Source of the DNA: a virus
DNA length: 64,000 nucleotides
Direction: 5' to 3' (one strand)
Virus record (IMG/VR): IMGVR_UViG_3300028571_000013
Location: 32,001-96,000 of that record
Below, piece by piece: positions 26,520-36,653 of the stretch. The position numbers and the translations under genes are program-made. A model generated the notes under the pieces. It searched no databases. It saw only the letters and a list, made by a program, of their open reading frames with translations, and had not been told where the DNA came from. The first letter of the stretch is position 1, and each line of letters opens with the position of its first letter.

Positions 26520-26921
26520 ATGGCAGCAAGTAAATACGATTTTTCTATAGAACAAGGCACGTCTTTTAGAATTGCTCTCACATATAAAGATGATAAAAAA
26601 AATCCAATAGATATCACGGGCTATTGCTCAAGACTAATATGGACCACCAACACCGGTCAAATTCAGGTATTTTCTACAGAAAACACTGATCCCAGTTTAT
26701 ATAGATTTACTATTGGTGGAGTAGATGGTAAGATTACTTTAATGTTACCGGCAACTATAACTAATACATTTAATTTTACTTTAGCAAAATATGATTTGGA
26801 ATTAAGGTCTGATACTGATTTATATATTGGAGGAGGCAAAGAAATTTCTAGAATACTTTATGGCACTATTACTATAGTAAAAAGAAACAGTAAGATAATA
26901 TCTGAAATTAACTGTCAATGA
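26520..26921 (+). CDS. Virion structural protein (BppU-like Ig fold)
   Basis: DFSIEQGTSF...PIDITGY...GKITL...KYDLEL...RILYGTITI pattern. Confidence 0.6.
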   Translation: MAASKYDFSIEQGTSFRIALTYKDDKKNPIDITGYCSRLIWTTNTGQIQVFSTENTDPSLYRFTIGGVDGKITLMLPATITNTFNFTLAKYDLELRSDTDLYIGGGKEISRILYGTITIVKRNSKIISEINCQ

Positions 26922-26980
26922 GGTGTATGATACTATATAAATTTATAATTTTGTCCATAATACTTTTAAGAAAATTTTAA

Positions 26981-27259
26981 ATGGCTTTATCCCAACAATC
27001 TATAACAACAGTAGAAAGCTCAGATAAAAAAAACTATATCTTAGTTATTGATACTTTTTCAGAATCTGATTTGGGAAGTGTTGTTATAGAGCAATATGAT
27101 ACATATAATTTGGAAATTATTAATACTAATGGTATTATTCAATATGTTCTACCATACAATTTAACTTTAGAGAGTTTAGCTGGCAACTTACCTGTTTCCA
27201 GAATAAGTGGACTTGATGAATATTTAGATTCTTATATATTCGACTGCGGTACGCCATAA
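26981..27259 (+). CDS. Hypothetical structural protein
   Basis: Ends in DCGTP, similar to the IDGGMP end of the next gene. Confidence 0.6.
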   Translation: MALSQQSITTVESSDKKNYILVIDTFSESDLGSVVIEQYDTYNLEIINTNGIIQYVLPYNLTLESLAGNLPVSRISGLDEYLDSYIFDCGTP

Positions 27260-27275
27260 ATAAAGGAGAAAAATT

Positions 27276-29642
27276 ATGCCAGCATTAACTACTATTCAAC
27301 TTAGAAGAGGCACCTCTGCTGAGTGGTCAGCTTCTATTAGTCCATTAGCTATGGGTGAAGTTGGATATGATACAATATTAAAGAAATTTAAGATAGGCGA
27401 TGGAACCAGTTTATGGGGCAGTTTAGCTTTTGCTAATATATTACCATCAGAACTTGATGAGTTGGTAGACGATAGGGTTGCTTCTTTAATTGTTGCTGGT
27501 TCAGGTATTACCACATCATATAATGATGCTAGTAATACGTTAACAATTAATTCTTCTCTAGATACTGAAAGCGTTCAGGATATTATTGGCGCTATGGTAA
27601 CTGCTGGTAGTGGAATTAGTGTCAACTACAACGATCCTTCTGGTACTTTGACTGTATCTCTTAGTGATCCAACAATACAATCTACAGATATTACAGATTT
27701 TAATACCGCAGTAAGTGGACTATTAGGTGTTAAGAGTCTGGTTCAAGGTACTGGTATAGATATTTCGAATGTTGCAGGAAATCATACAATTAGTGTTACT
27801 GGTATAACAACATCTTTAATTACTAACTTTGCTAGTGGCGTTAATACTCTTATTGATAATGCTGTTAGTACAAGTATTGTTGGTGGTAGTGGTGTTGACA
27901 TTATATATAGCAGTGGAACTAATACTCTTACTATTAGTAGTGCCTTAACAGCAGGAAGTGGTATCTCTCTTACTCAAAATAGTGGTAACTATACTATTAC
28001 CTTAACTGATCCTACTATCCAACTAGCAGATATTACTGATTTACCATCAGACGCTAGAACTTTTTTAACTACCTCAAGTAGTAGTAATTTAAGAGCCTTA
28101 GTAACAGATGAAACAGGATCCGGGAATCTAGTATTTTCTGATAGTCCAACATTAGTTAGTCCAACCTTAGGCGCAGCCAGTGCTACTACTGTAAATAAGC
28201 TTACTATTACTGCTCCAGCAACTGGATCGACATTAACTGTTGCTGATGGAAAAACTCTTACTGCTAATAATACTTTAACATTTACTGGTACAGATTCTAG
28301 TTCTGTTGCTTTCGGAGCAGGCGGAACGGTAGTTTATACTAGTAATAAACTAAGTTCACTATCGTCTACAACTTCGTCTGAACTAGCCGGGGTTATTAGC
28401 GATGAAACGGGAACAGGAGCATTAGTATTTGCAAATAATCCAACAATGAGTGGGGTTATTGTTAATGGTGATCTTACTGTTAGTGGAAGTGGTCTAGTTG
28501 CTAGTAACATTAATGACTTTAATACCTCCGTAAGAACTAATCGTTTAGATCAAATGGCTGTTCCTACAAGTGACGTATCCTTTAATAGCTTTAAGATTAC
28601 TAGCTTGGCAGACCCAGTTAGTGCTCAAGATGCTGCTACAAAGGCCTATGTTGATGCTGCGCGAATGGGTCTTGATGTTAAACAAAGTGTTCGGGCTGCC
28701 ACCACAGCTAGCATAACTCTATCTGGGACACAAACTATCGACGGGGTTGCTGTTGCAGCTGGTGACAGGGTATTAGTGAAAAACCAAAGCACAGCTAGCC
28801 AAAACGGTATCTATACAGTAGCTGTTGGATCTTGGAGCAGAGCATCTGATGCTGATTCTGATTCTGAAGTTACTGCTGGGCTATTTACTTTCGTGTCTGA
28901 AGGTGCTGCTAATGCTGATAGTGGATGGGTATTGACTACGAATGATACTATCACTCTTGGAACAACGGGTCTAGCCTTTGCTCAATTCTCTGGTGCCGGT
29001 CAAATAACTGCTGGTGCTGGTCTAACAAAGAATGGTAATACTATAGATGCTGTTGGTACAGCTGGTCGTATAGTTGTTAATGCTGATAGTATCGATCTTG
29101 ATACTGTGAGTCAAACAGACGGTAGTGGTTCAGCTGGTACCAGTTTTATACAGAGTGTTACAAGAGACTCTTATGGGCGAGTAACAGGAGTAACATCAGC
29201 TTCGGTACAAGATGCCACGACTTCAGCTAAAGGTATAGCTAGTTTTGATAGTGGAGATTTTAGTGTTTCTTCTGGCGCCGTTAGTATCAAAGCTAGTGGC
29301 GTTGATAATTCTCAATTAGTTAATAGTTCTTTTACAATTGGTTCAACATTAGTTAGTCTTGGCGGAATCGCCACTTCTGTATCAGGATTAACTAGTGTCT
29401 CTAGCACATCATTTGTTGGTGATTTAAGTGGTACAGCTACCAATGCCTTGAATATTGAGGTGGATGTAGCAACTAGTGGAACTAATAATCTGGTTTTTGT
29501 AAATGGTACTGACGGGAATTTAAAGCCAGTCGTTAATGATAAATTAAGAATTAATTTGAATGCTAATGAACTATTAGGCTCTTCAAATACTACCCCAACA
29601 ATGACTCTCAAATACTTTATTATAGATGGTGGAATGCCATAA
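27276..29642 (+). CDS. Fibre protein with Mtd N-terminal-like domain
   Basis: IQLRRGT..EW...LAMGEVGYDT...FKIGDG; AGSGI repeats; DAATKAYVD; DVKQSVRAAT...GDRVLVKNQ...NGIY. Confidence 0.8.
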   Translation: MPALTTIQLRRGTSAEWSASISPLAMGEVGYDTILKKFKIGDGTSLWGSLAFANILPSELDELVDDRVASLIVAGSGITTSYNDASNTLTINSSLDTESVQDIIGAMVTAGSGISVNYNDPSGTLTVSLSDPTIQSTDITDFNTAVSGLLGVKSLVQGTGIDISNVAGNHTISVTGITTSLITNFASGVNTLIDNAVSTSIVGGSGVDIIYSSGTNTLTISSALTAGSGISLTQNSGNYTITLTDPTIQLADITDLPSDARTFLTTSSSSNLRALVTDETGSGNLVFSDSPTLVSPTLGAASATTVNKLTITAPATGSTLTVADGKTLTANNTLTFTGTDSSSVAFGAGGTVVYTSNKLSSLSSTTSSELAGVISDETGTGALVFANNPTMSGVIVNGDLTVSGSGLVASNINDFNTSVRTNRLDQMAVPTSDVSFNSFKITSLADPVSAQDAATKAYVDAARMGLDVKQSVRAATTASITLSGTQTIDGVAVAAGDRVLVKNQSTASQNGIYTVAVGSWSRASDADSDSEVTAGLFTFVSEGAANADSGWVLTTNDTITLGTTGLAFAQFSGAGQITAGAGLTKNGNTIDAVGTAGRIVVNADSIDLDTVSQTDGSGSAGTSFIQSVTRDSYGRVTGVTSASVQDATTSAKGIASFDSGDFSVSSGAVSIKASGVDNSQLVNSSFTIGSTLVSLGGIATSVSGLTSVSSTSFVGDLSGTATNALNIEVDVATSGTNNLVFVNGTDGNLKPVVNDKLRINLNANELLGSSNTTPTMTLKYFIIDGGMP

Positions 29643-29722
29643 TTTATCTTCAAAGTTTTATACTTTAAACTATTGTTTTTACATAATCATAACTAAATTC
29701 CTTTTTTTGAAATAGATATAAC

Positions 29723-30115
29723 ATGAAAAATGGTAAAGTATTTATTAAAAATGGTCAAGCTTTAATACCACCAGTTCGTTTAGAGAATGGTGTTTGGGTA
29801 GCTTATGTTGATGGAGTTACGGCTACCACAACAACCACGGCCGCTCCGACCACCACCACAACAACAGCTGCGCCCACAACAACCACCACCACAACGGCCG
29901 CTCCTACGACGACTACGACAACAACCACAACAGCTGCTCCTACAACAACCACTACAACAATACCGCCTAACACATATAATGTAACCAATAATGGTTTTGG
30001 AAACTATTTAATAAATGGTAGTTCAAACCCAACACTAACCTTAACAGCGGGTCAAACATATACATTTAATATAAACGCTGCCGGCGGGTGTATTAACAGT
30101 TATCATACCGTATAG
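29723..30115 (+). CDS. Thr-rich (TTTTTAAP)n protein, apparently C-terminally truncated
   Basis: Mucin-like repeat at 29818-29960; ends abruptly after NPTLTLTAGQTYTFNINAAG. Confidence 0.65.
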   Translation: MKNGKVFIKNGQALIPPVRLENGVWVAYVDGVTATTTTTAAPTTTTTTAAPTTTTTTTAAPTTTTTTTTTAAPTTTTTTIPPNTYNVTNNGFGNYLINGSSNPTLTLTAGQTYTFNINAAGGCINSYHTV

Positions 30116-30144
30116 TATTCATAAAAATAGGACTACTTTCCAAG

Positions 30145-32106
30145 ATGGCCGTAAATGATCTTATTACATTTCGCAAAGGACCAGCATCTCAATGGATATC
30201 GGTCAATCCCGTATTAGCTAGTGGTGAGCCAGGATATGATTTAACAAATAGTATTCTTAAGATAGGGGATGGAGTTTCAAATTGGGTAGCTCTTAGTGGA
30301 ATTGGGTCAACAAGCGTTGGCGGGTCATCATCTTCCTCTGTTGGAGTTAGAGGAACAATAAGCACAACGGGCACATTGAGCAGCTTCTCTGTATCAGGAG
30401 GTTACTCCCCTGGGTATTTAGATTTGTTTCAGAATGGCGTGAAACTATTAAATAACAGCGATTTTATAGCAACTAACGGTACTTCAGTCACACTAACTAA
30501 TAGTGTACCATCTGGAACAGTATTAGAGTATATTAGTTTGGGAACCTCAGTATCCTCCTCTGATTATACTAAATTAGATAGTATTAGTTCATCTTTTAAT
30601 GGATCGTCTACGTCATTCGGATTAGCAGTTAGTGGAACACCATATTATCCTGTTAGTGCTAATACTTTGGGGATTTATGTGGGCGGCGTTGCTCAAGAAC
30701 CCATTTCTTCATATAGTGTTAGCGGATCTAATATAATTTTTACTGAAGCTCCAGCTAGTGGTTTAACTTTCTGGGGAGTTGGCTATGGAACAACAGCTGT
30801 GGCCACTTTGAATGGTATAGCTCCAGGCTCAGTATCGTCTCCAGCCATTAGTTCATCAAATGATCTGAGTACAGGGTTTTATTTTCCATCTAGTGGATCA
30901 TTAGCAATAGCTAGTTCTGGAGTTGATAGATTTAAGATTGATAATAAAGGAGATATTTTTGTTGGTGGAGAAAATATTAATAGTTTAAGATATTTAGACA
31001 TTAATAATATTAACTCTGGTTCAAATGCTGGAAGTATTTTAAGACTTATTACTGCTAATGTTTCTGGTGTGAGTAATGTCTCAGCAGATATTATTAAACG
31101 TAAAAATGGTCAATTTTCTATCAACAACAGCGAAACAGACTCTGCTGCTTTTACAAGTTTTGATGTTGGTAATTCAGAACACTTACGAATAACGTCTTCA
31201 GGAAATGTTGGAATTGGCACCACGACACCAACAACTAAGCTTCATGTTGTGGGTGGTATTAGTGCTACTAGTGGTAATTTTACTAATACTTTACAAGTTA
31301 ATAATGTTAATGTTAGCGTTAGTGGTCATACCCATACATCTTCTGATATAACTAATTTTAATACTAGTGTTAGTGGTTTATTACCAATTACTAATATAAT
31401 TGCTGGAAGTGGAATTAATGTTGCTATTAGTGGAACAACAGCTATTATAACTGGTGATGATATTAGGTGGAATTTTTTATTACCGTCCGCGCCTACGGCC
31501 TTGACCGCAACTGTCGGAAACGCGCAAGTATCGCTGACGTGGACGGCACCGACCGGCGTGATTGCTCAGGCGCCGATCACGGACTACGTTGTTCAGTTCA
31601 GCAGTAACTCTGGATCGTCATGGACTACGTTCAGCGACGGAACATCCACGGCGACGAGTGCCACCGTGACGGGGCTGACAAACGGCACGGCGCATGTGTT
31701 CCGAGTCGCGGGCATCAACGGGATCGGCACTGGGGCGTATAGCACGGCGAGTGCTGCGGTGACGCCATTTGTTCCGGCACCCGTAACACTAAGCACTCCG
31801 TTTGGTGCTGTCACTGGCAACGGCACAGTAGGCTCCAAGTGGGCGTGGCAGTCTGGTTCTAGTGGCGCTACCGACGGAGGCTTCAAACTGCTGACAGTTA
31901 ATGATTCAATTACGTTGCAGGCAACGCTCAGTCAGACAGGAGGCGGAAACTGCGACAACGGCGAGGCCTTGAGCCTTGTGATTTACTCCGCATCAAATGT
32001 TCGCGTCAGAATAATGTCTGCAAACCCTGAGTCTCTCACGGCAGGACAATACATTGCTATGGAACTACAATGCGCACACGGGCGGGCGGAGGTGTGGAGT
32101 GTTTAG
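30145..32106 (+). CDS. Fibre / receptor-binding protein: Mtd-N-like domain, GNVGIGT repeat, C-terminal fibronectin type III domain
   Basis: NPVLASGEPGYD..KIGDG; GNVGIGTTTP; PSAPTALTAT...LTWTAP...DYVVQ...GLTNGT..FRVAGIN..GTGAYS. Confidence 0.8.
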   Translation: MAVNDLITFRKGPASQWISVNPVLASGEPGYDLTNSILKIGDGVSNWVALSGIGSTSVGGSSSSSVGVRGTISTTGTLSSFSVSGGYSPGYLDLFQNGVKLLNNSDFIATNGTSVTLTNSVPSGTVLEYISLGTSVSSSDYTKLDSISSSFNGSSTSFGLAVSGTPYYPVSANTLGIYVGGVAQEPISSYSVSGSNIIFTEAPASGLTFWGVGYGTTAVATLNGIAPGSVSSPAISSSNDLSTGFYFPSSGSLAIASSGVDRFKIDNKGDIFVGGENINSLRYLDINNINSGSNAGSILRLITANVSGVSNVSADIIKRKNGQFSINNSETDSAAFTSFDVGNSEHLRITSSGNVGIGTTTPTTKLHVVGGISATSGNFTNTLQVNNVNVSVSGHTHTSSDITNFNTSVSGLLPITNIIAGSGINVAISGTTAIITGDDIRWNFLLPSAPTALTATVGNAQVSLTWTAPTGVIAQAPITDYVVQFSSNSGSSWTTFSDGTSTATSATVTGLTNGTAHVFRVAGINGIGTGAYSTASAAVTPFVPAPVTLSTPFGAVTGNGTVGSKWAWQSGSSGATDGGFKLLTVNDSITLQATLSQTGGGNCDNGEALSLVIYSASNVRVRIMSANPESLTAGQYIAMELQCAHGRAEVWSV

Positions 32107-32572
32107 TCATATCTTACTACCTCCCAAGCCGACCAGTTTTCTTCCTCGCGGGAGTAACGTTATGCTTGAGTTCCCACCGACGCAGGATGTTGCAACAGCC
32201 GAACATGGTTTGTTCGGCGCTGTTGTTGGAAAAGACCTATATGGCAGCACCTGTACAAATGCGATTTGGTATCCTCCGGGCGGGTTCATGAGTTGGCACA
32301 CGAATAGCAACAACCCCGGACGCAGACTTTACGCGGCATGGAGCGAAACCGGCGACAGCGGTATGAGGTGGTACAGAGACGGAGAGGTTGTTGACGACCC
32401 CGACCAGCCGGGATGGAACGTCAGGATTTTCGAAACGCCTCAGTGGCACATGGTATATGCGAACTGCTGGCGGTTTAGTGTTGGGTGGAAAGTAGATTAG
32501 ATAGGTGTATTATTAGGTATTAGAAAGTCATTATTATGTCATTATCATATAACAATTCAATCTTAGCTCAAA
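31451..32572 (+). repeat. Direct repeat copy A (~1.1 kb, GC-rich)
   Basis: Matches 32689-33810 at offset 1238. One internal synonymous SNP seen (31548 A vs 32786 C), plus a few mismatches in the last ~30 bp. Confidence 0.95.
32162..32500 (+). CDS. Cupin / 2OG-Fe(II)-oxygenase-like small protein (copy 1)
   Basis: WYPPGGFMSWHTN...WHMV...RFSVG double-stranded beta-helix pattern. Confidence 0.55.
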   Translation: MLEFPPTQDVATAEHGLFGAVVGKDLYGSTCTNAIWYPPGGFMSWHTNSNNPGRRLYAAWSETGDSGMRWYRDGEVVDDPDQPGWNVRIFETPQWHMVYANCWRFSVGWKVD

Positions 32573-32586
32573 AAGACACCGAGTGA
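32536..32586 (+). pseudogene. Truncated remnant of gene 33774-33974 (MSLSYNNSILAQKDTE*)
   Basis: First 12 codons encode the same peptide as 33774, with synonymous differences. Confidence 0.6.
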
Positions 32587-32654
32587 AGATATACTATCAG
32601 CGTAATAATAGTTCCAACATAGCCATTTCTGATTATAGTACTTAAGGAATAATT

Positions 32655-33344
32655 ATGCCTCTTTCAAGAATACAAACAACTTTATTGTCTGGTGATGATA
32701 TTAGGTGGAATTTTTTATTACCGTCCGCGCCTACGGCCTTGACCGCAACTGTCGGAAACGCGCAAGTATCGCTGACGTGGACGGCCCCGACCGGCGTGAT
32801 TGCTCAGGCGCCGATCACGGACTACGTTGTTCAGTTCAGCAGTAACTCTGGATCGTCATGGACTACGTTCAGCGACGGAACATCCACGGCGACGAGTGCC
32901 ACCGTGACGGGGCTGACAAACGGCACGGCGCATGTGTTCCGAGTCGCGGGCATCAACGGGATCGGCACTGGGGCGTATAGCACGGCGAGTGCTGCGGTGA
33001 CGCCATTTGTTCCGGCACCCGTAACACTAAGCACTCCGTTTGGTGCTGTCACTGGCAACGGCACAGTAGGCTCCAAGTGGGCGTGGCAGTCTGGTTCTAG
33101 TGGCGCTACCGACGGAGGCTTCAAACTGCTGACAGTTAATGATTCAATTACGTTGCAGGCAACGCTCAGTCAGACAGGAGGCGGAAACTGCGACAACGGC
33201 GAGGCCTTGAGCCTTGTGATTTACTCCGCATCAAATGTTCGCGTCAGAATAATGTCTGCAAACCCTGAGTCTCTCACGGCAGGACAATACATTGCTATGG
33301 AACTACAATGCGCACACGGGCGGGCGGAGGTGTGGAGTGTTTAG
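32655..33344 (+). CDS. Stand-alone FN3 protein identical to the C-terminus of 30145-32106
   Basis: Unique 12-aa N-terminus with AAGGA RBS, then the duplicated module. Confidence 0.8.
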   Translation: MPLSRIQTTLLSGDDIRWNFLLPSAPTALTATVGNAQVSLTWTAPTGVIAQAPITDYVVQFSSNSGSSWTTFSDGTSTATSATVTGLTNGTAHVFRVAGINGIGTGAYSTASAAVTPFVPAPVTLSTPFGAVTGNGTVGSKWAWQSGSSGATDGGFKLLTVNDSITLQATLSQTGGGNCDNGEALSLVIYSASNVRVRIMSANPESLTAGQYIAMELQCAHGRAEVWSV

Positions 33345-33810
33345 TCATATCTTACTACCTCCCAAGCCGACCAGTTTTCTTCCTCGCGGGAGTAACGTTA
33401 TGCTTGAGTTCCCACCGACGCAGGATGTTGCAACAGCCGAACATGGTTTGTTCGGCGCTGTTGTTGGAAAAGACCTATATGGCAGCACCTGTACAAATGC
33501 GATTTGGTATCCTCCGGGCGGGTTCATGAGTTGGCACACGAATAGCAACAACCCCGGACGCAGACTTTACGCGGCATGGAGCGAAACCGGCGACAGCGGT
33601 ATGAGGTGGTACAGAGACGGAGAGGTTGTTGACGACCCCGACCAGCCGGGATGGAACGTCAGGATTTTCGAAACGCCTCAGTGGCACATGGTATATGCGA
33701 ACTGCTGGCGGTTTAGTGTTGGGTGGAAAGTAGATTAGATAGGTGTATTATTAGGTATTAGAAAGTCATTATTATGTCACTATCATATAACAACTCAATA
33801 CTAGCTCAAA
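32689..33810 (+). repeat. Direct repeat copy B
   Basis: See copy A. Confidence 0.95.
33400..33738 (+). CDS. Cupin / 2OG-Fe(II)-oxygenase-like small protein (copy 2)
   Basis: Identical to 32162-32500. Confidence 0.55.
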   Translation: MLEFPPTQDVATAEHGLFGAVVGKDLYGSTCTNAIWYPPGGFMSWHTNSNNPGRRLYAAWSETGDSGMRWYRDGEVVDDPDQPGWNVRIFETPQWHMVYANCWRFSVGWKVD

Positions 33811-33974
33811 CTATTAGTGTTAGTGGATCTAATACTAATGTTAGTGGAGTTTTAACTGCTACTAGTGGAAATTTTACTAATAATTTGTCTATTGGAACCA
33901 ATTCTTTGACAACAACTAACACACTTAATATAATAAATAGTTCAAATCTTTATTTATGGTCTAATTTCAGATAG
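33774..33974 (+). CDS. Small fibre-associated protein
   Basis: Shares ATSGNFTN with 30145-32106. Confidence 0.6.
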   Translation: MSLSYNNSILAQTISVSGSNTNVSGVLTATSGNFTNNLSIGTNSLTTTNTLNIINSSNLYLWSNFR

Positions 33975-33983
33975 GAGATTATC

Positions 33984-34367
33984 ATGGCAGCTAGTCCAGT
34001 TTTCGCAGTTACTCCAAGAATAGGAAACGTATCAATAGCTACTGCTGAAGCTAGTTATACAGCACCAACAAATTTTGGAACTTTAATAACAGGAGCAGCA
34101 ACAGGAACACGAATAGCAGAAATAGTAGTAAAGATGGCCGCAACTAGTGCTGCTGCTATTGTTAGAATATTTTTATATGATGGTACCACATACTGGCATT
34201 TTGACGAAATAACAGTTACCGCAGCCACAGGATCAGCAACTGTTCAACAAAACAGAGTATCTACTACGTATAATAATCTAATACTACCAAGTGCGTCATG
34301 GTCAGTAAGAGTAACAACATCAGTATCTCAGGTTACTCATGTTACAGCCTTAGGAGCAGATCTATAA
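33984..34367 (+). CDS. Hypothetical structural protein
   Basis: AGGAG RBS; beta-rich. Confidence 0.75.
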   Translation: MAASPVFAVTPRIGNVSIATAEASYTAPTNFGTLITGAATGTRIAEIVVKMAATSAAAIVRIFLYDGTTYWHFDEITVTAATGSATVQQNRVSTTYNNLILPSASWSVRVTTSVSQVTHVTALGADL

Positions 34368-35233
34368 TGAATCAAGGTATTTATGCAATTGGAAGTGCCA
34401 CAATAGCTTCGGTACCATATGGCGTTAATGGTATTCCTCTACCCTCTATTATTTCAGTATTGGTTGTTGGTGGTGGAGGAGGTGGCGGAGGTGGATTATT
34501 TTCCGGAAATCCAAATTTTCGTGGAGCGGCTGGAGGAGCAGGAGGTTTTATAGAATCTTTGTATATAATATCTTTGGGAACTAGCTATACAGTAACTATC
34601 GGGGCTGGGGGTTCCGGTTCGCATGCAACAGGATTAAAGGGAGGCGACAGCTTATTCTCAACTTTTACTGCTGTTGGAGGTGGTGGTGGTGGAGGCTTTT
34701 ATTATAGTGCCAATGGTAATACTCCATCATATTGGAACTCATCAATGGGTGGTATAGGTGGCTCTGGCGGAGGAGCAGCAATAACTGGAAATATGCCTGT
34801 TGCAAATTCTATAGGAGGAAGAGCAATATTAGGACAAGGAAATGTTGGAGGAAGTGGTTTTTACAGTGCTACTGGTCCAGTTCATTTTGTTGGTGGTGCG
34901 GGAGGGGCTGGTAGTGCTGGTGGAAATGCATCTTCTGGTGGTAACGGCACGGCGGGGACTGGCAAGGCATCAACATTAAATAACGTTACATATGCGGCTG
35001 GCGGAAGTTTGTCCTCTGGAGCTAACGCAAGTGTTAATACAGGTAACGGAGGAAACAATAATGGATCAACCACTTTTAATGGAACAAACGGAGGTTCTGG
35101 TGTTATCGTTGTAAGATTTAACAACGCTCTAAACATTAGATTAGGTGTTGGCTTGACATATGCCTCAATAATATCTGGCTCAGACAGGATTATTACAATC
35201 ACAGCAGGAACAGGTACTGTTACTTTTTTTTAA
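34367..35233 (+). CDS. Glycine-rich domain virion protein
   Basis: LVVGGGGGGG...GGAGG...YTVTIGAGG...GGSGVIVVRF; start at MNQGIY. Confidence 0.8.
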   Translation: MNQGIYAIGSATIASVPYGVNGIPLPSIISVLVVGGGGGGGGGLFSGNPNFRGAAGGAGGFIESLYIISLGTSYTVTIGAGGSGSHATGLKGGDSLFSTFTAVGGGGGGGFYYSANGNTPSYWNSSMGGIGGSGGGAAITGNMPVANSIGGRAILGQGNVGGSGFYSATGPVHFVGGAGGAGSAGGNASSGGNGTAGTGKASTLNNVTYAAGGSLSSGANASVNTGNGGNNNGSTTFNGTNGGSGVIVVRFNNALNIRLGVGLTYASIISGSDRIITITAGTGTVTFF

Positions 35234-35244
35234 AGGATTACTAC

Positions 35245-35559
35245 ATGGCACATTATGCATTTTTAGACGAAAATAATATTGTTAGTGAAGTTATAGTTGG
35301 TAAAAATGAAAATGAAGATGGTATTGATTGGGAAAAATACTATGGAGAATTTAGAGGACAAACTTGTAAACGAACTTCATATAATACGGTTGGCGGAGTT
35401 CACAACAATGGCGGAGTTCCATATAGAAAAAATTATGCGGGGATAGGTTATCTTTTTAGAGAAGACATAAATGCTCCAGAAGGAGCTTTTGTTGCACCTT
35501 GTCTCGGAGATGATTATGTTTTAGACGAAAATACTGGACTGTGGATAATTAAAAGTTAA
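35245..35559 (+). CDS. Small phage protein (MAHYA..DENN.V..VIV family)
   Basis: KRTSYN...RKNYAGIGY motif, commonly found next to glycine-rich genes. Confidence 0.75.
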   Translation: MAHYAFLDENNIVSEVIVGKNENEDGIDWEKYYGEFRGQTCKRTSYNTVGGVHNNGGVPYRKNYAGIGYLFREDINAPEGAFVAPCLGDDYVLDENTGLWIIKS

Positions 35560-35622
35560 CTAGTCAATATAAGGTGTATTAAAGTATTAGATATTCCTAT
35601 ATAATTTAAAAGGGGTCAAAAT

Positions 35623-36153
35623 ATGAGCTGGCAAGCAGAAATACCCATTATTGTAAGAACCCTTATTAATGACTTGGATCAAAATAATCAAAATTACTCG
35701 GACGAAAGACTTCTGCAAGTCATAGCCGTAGCAGCTAAATATGTTCAGTTTGATATATCTTTAGAAAGTAATTATATAATTGATGTTGTTAATTTAAATA
35801 TATCTCCAGATCCCACAGCGAATGATGATAGTCTTTTTATTAGTCTAACCGGTCTCAGGGCTGCTTGCATTATTGATCAAAGTGCTCTTAGAACCAAAGC
35901 AGCATTAGAAGGAATAAGAGCATCTTTAGGTCCAGCGCAATTATCTGTTGCTGGTAGTCTTGCTGGCTTTGACTTAATTTTAGAGAAGGGTCCGTGTGCT
36001 GCTTATAAAGAATTTATAGCCTATTGGGATGTTAAAGAAGCAACTGCTGTTAGGGCGATTCTCAGTCCGTTTGCTGGAAATAAATTTGATCCAACTTATT
36101 TACAGTCTTCGGATCTACCAGCCAGAAGCACAAGAGATGGATTTTACTCATGA
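35623..36153 (+). CDS. Putative head-tail adaptor
   Basis: VRTLIND....YSDERL pattern; position. Confidence 0.55.
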   Translation: MSWQAEIPIIVRTLINDLDQNNQNYSDERLLQVIAVAAKYVQFDISLESNYIIDVVNLNISPDPTANDDSLFISLTGLRAACIIDQSALRTKAALEGIRASLGPAQLSVAGSLAGFDLILEKGPCAAYKEFIAYWDVKEATAVRAILSPFAGNKFDPTYLQSSDLPARSTRDGFYS

Positions 36154-36653
36154 ATTTAGATTTAACACCATTTAAAGCCCTTTATAACGATGCTATAGAT
36201 AATCTATTATCAAGCACAGGACTGACCACCCCATGTAAACTTATATTTGAGTCTACTAAATTACAGCAATGTCCTAATTGTATTTATGATACTATTACTA
36301 AAAAATCATCCAATAGATATAAATCTGGTGGACCGATTAATTTTAGCAATGGCCAAGCATGTCCTTATTGTCTTGGAGTGGGCACAACATCTAATTCGCT
36401 AGCAGAAGAGTCCGTATACTTTGCTTTAATAATAAACTCTAAAAATTTTCTTGGAACAGTAAATACCCCAGACATAGTTGCCCAAACAATTTGTAATATA
36501 GATTATCTATCTAAAATACGTCAATGTTCGAAAATTATTTTTAATACTGATATAGCTGGCCTTAGTAATAATATTTTTATTAGAAGTAATGAGCCACAAC
36601 CAGTGGGTCTCGGAGATAATCGATATATTTTTACTAATTGGAAAAGACCATGA
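36150..36653 (+). CDS. Putative head-closure / neck protein with CxxC pairs
   Basis: CPNC...CPYCLGVG; position. Confidence 0.5.
   Translation: MNLDLTPFKALYNDAIDNLLSSTGLTTPCKLIFESTKLQQCPNCIYDTITKKSSNRYKSGGPINFSNGQACPYCLGVGTTSNSLAEESVYFALIINSKNFLGTVNTPDIVAQTICNIDYLSKIRQCSKIIFNTDIAGLSNNIFIRSNEPQPVGLGDNRYIFTNWKRP

Noticed and set aside
31451-33810. Duplication as a DGR template/variable repeat pair (prompted by the Mtd-N-like domains)
   Set aside because: The repeat is ~1.1 kb, differences are very few and not adenine-specific, and no reverse transcriptase is present in the window.
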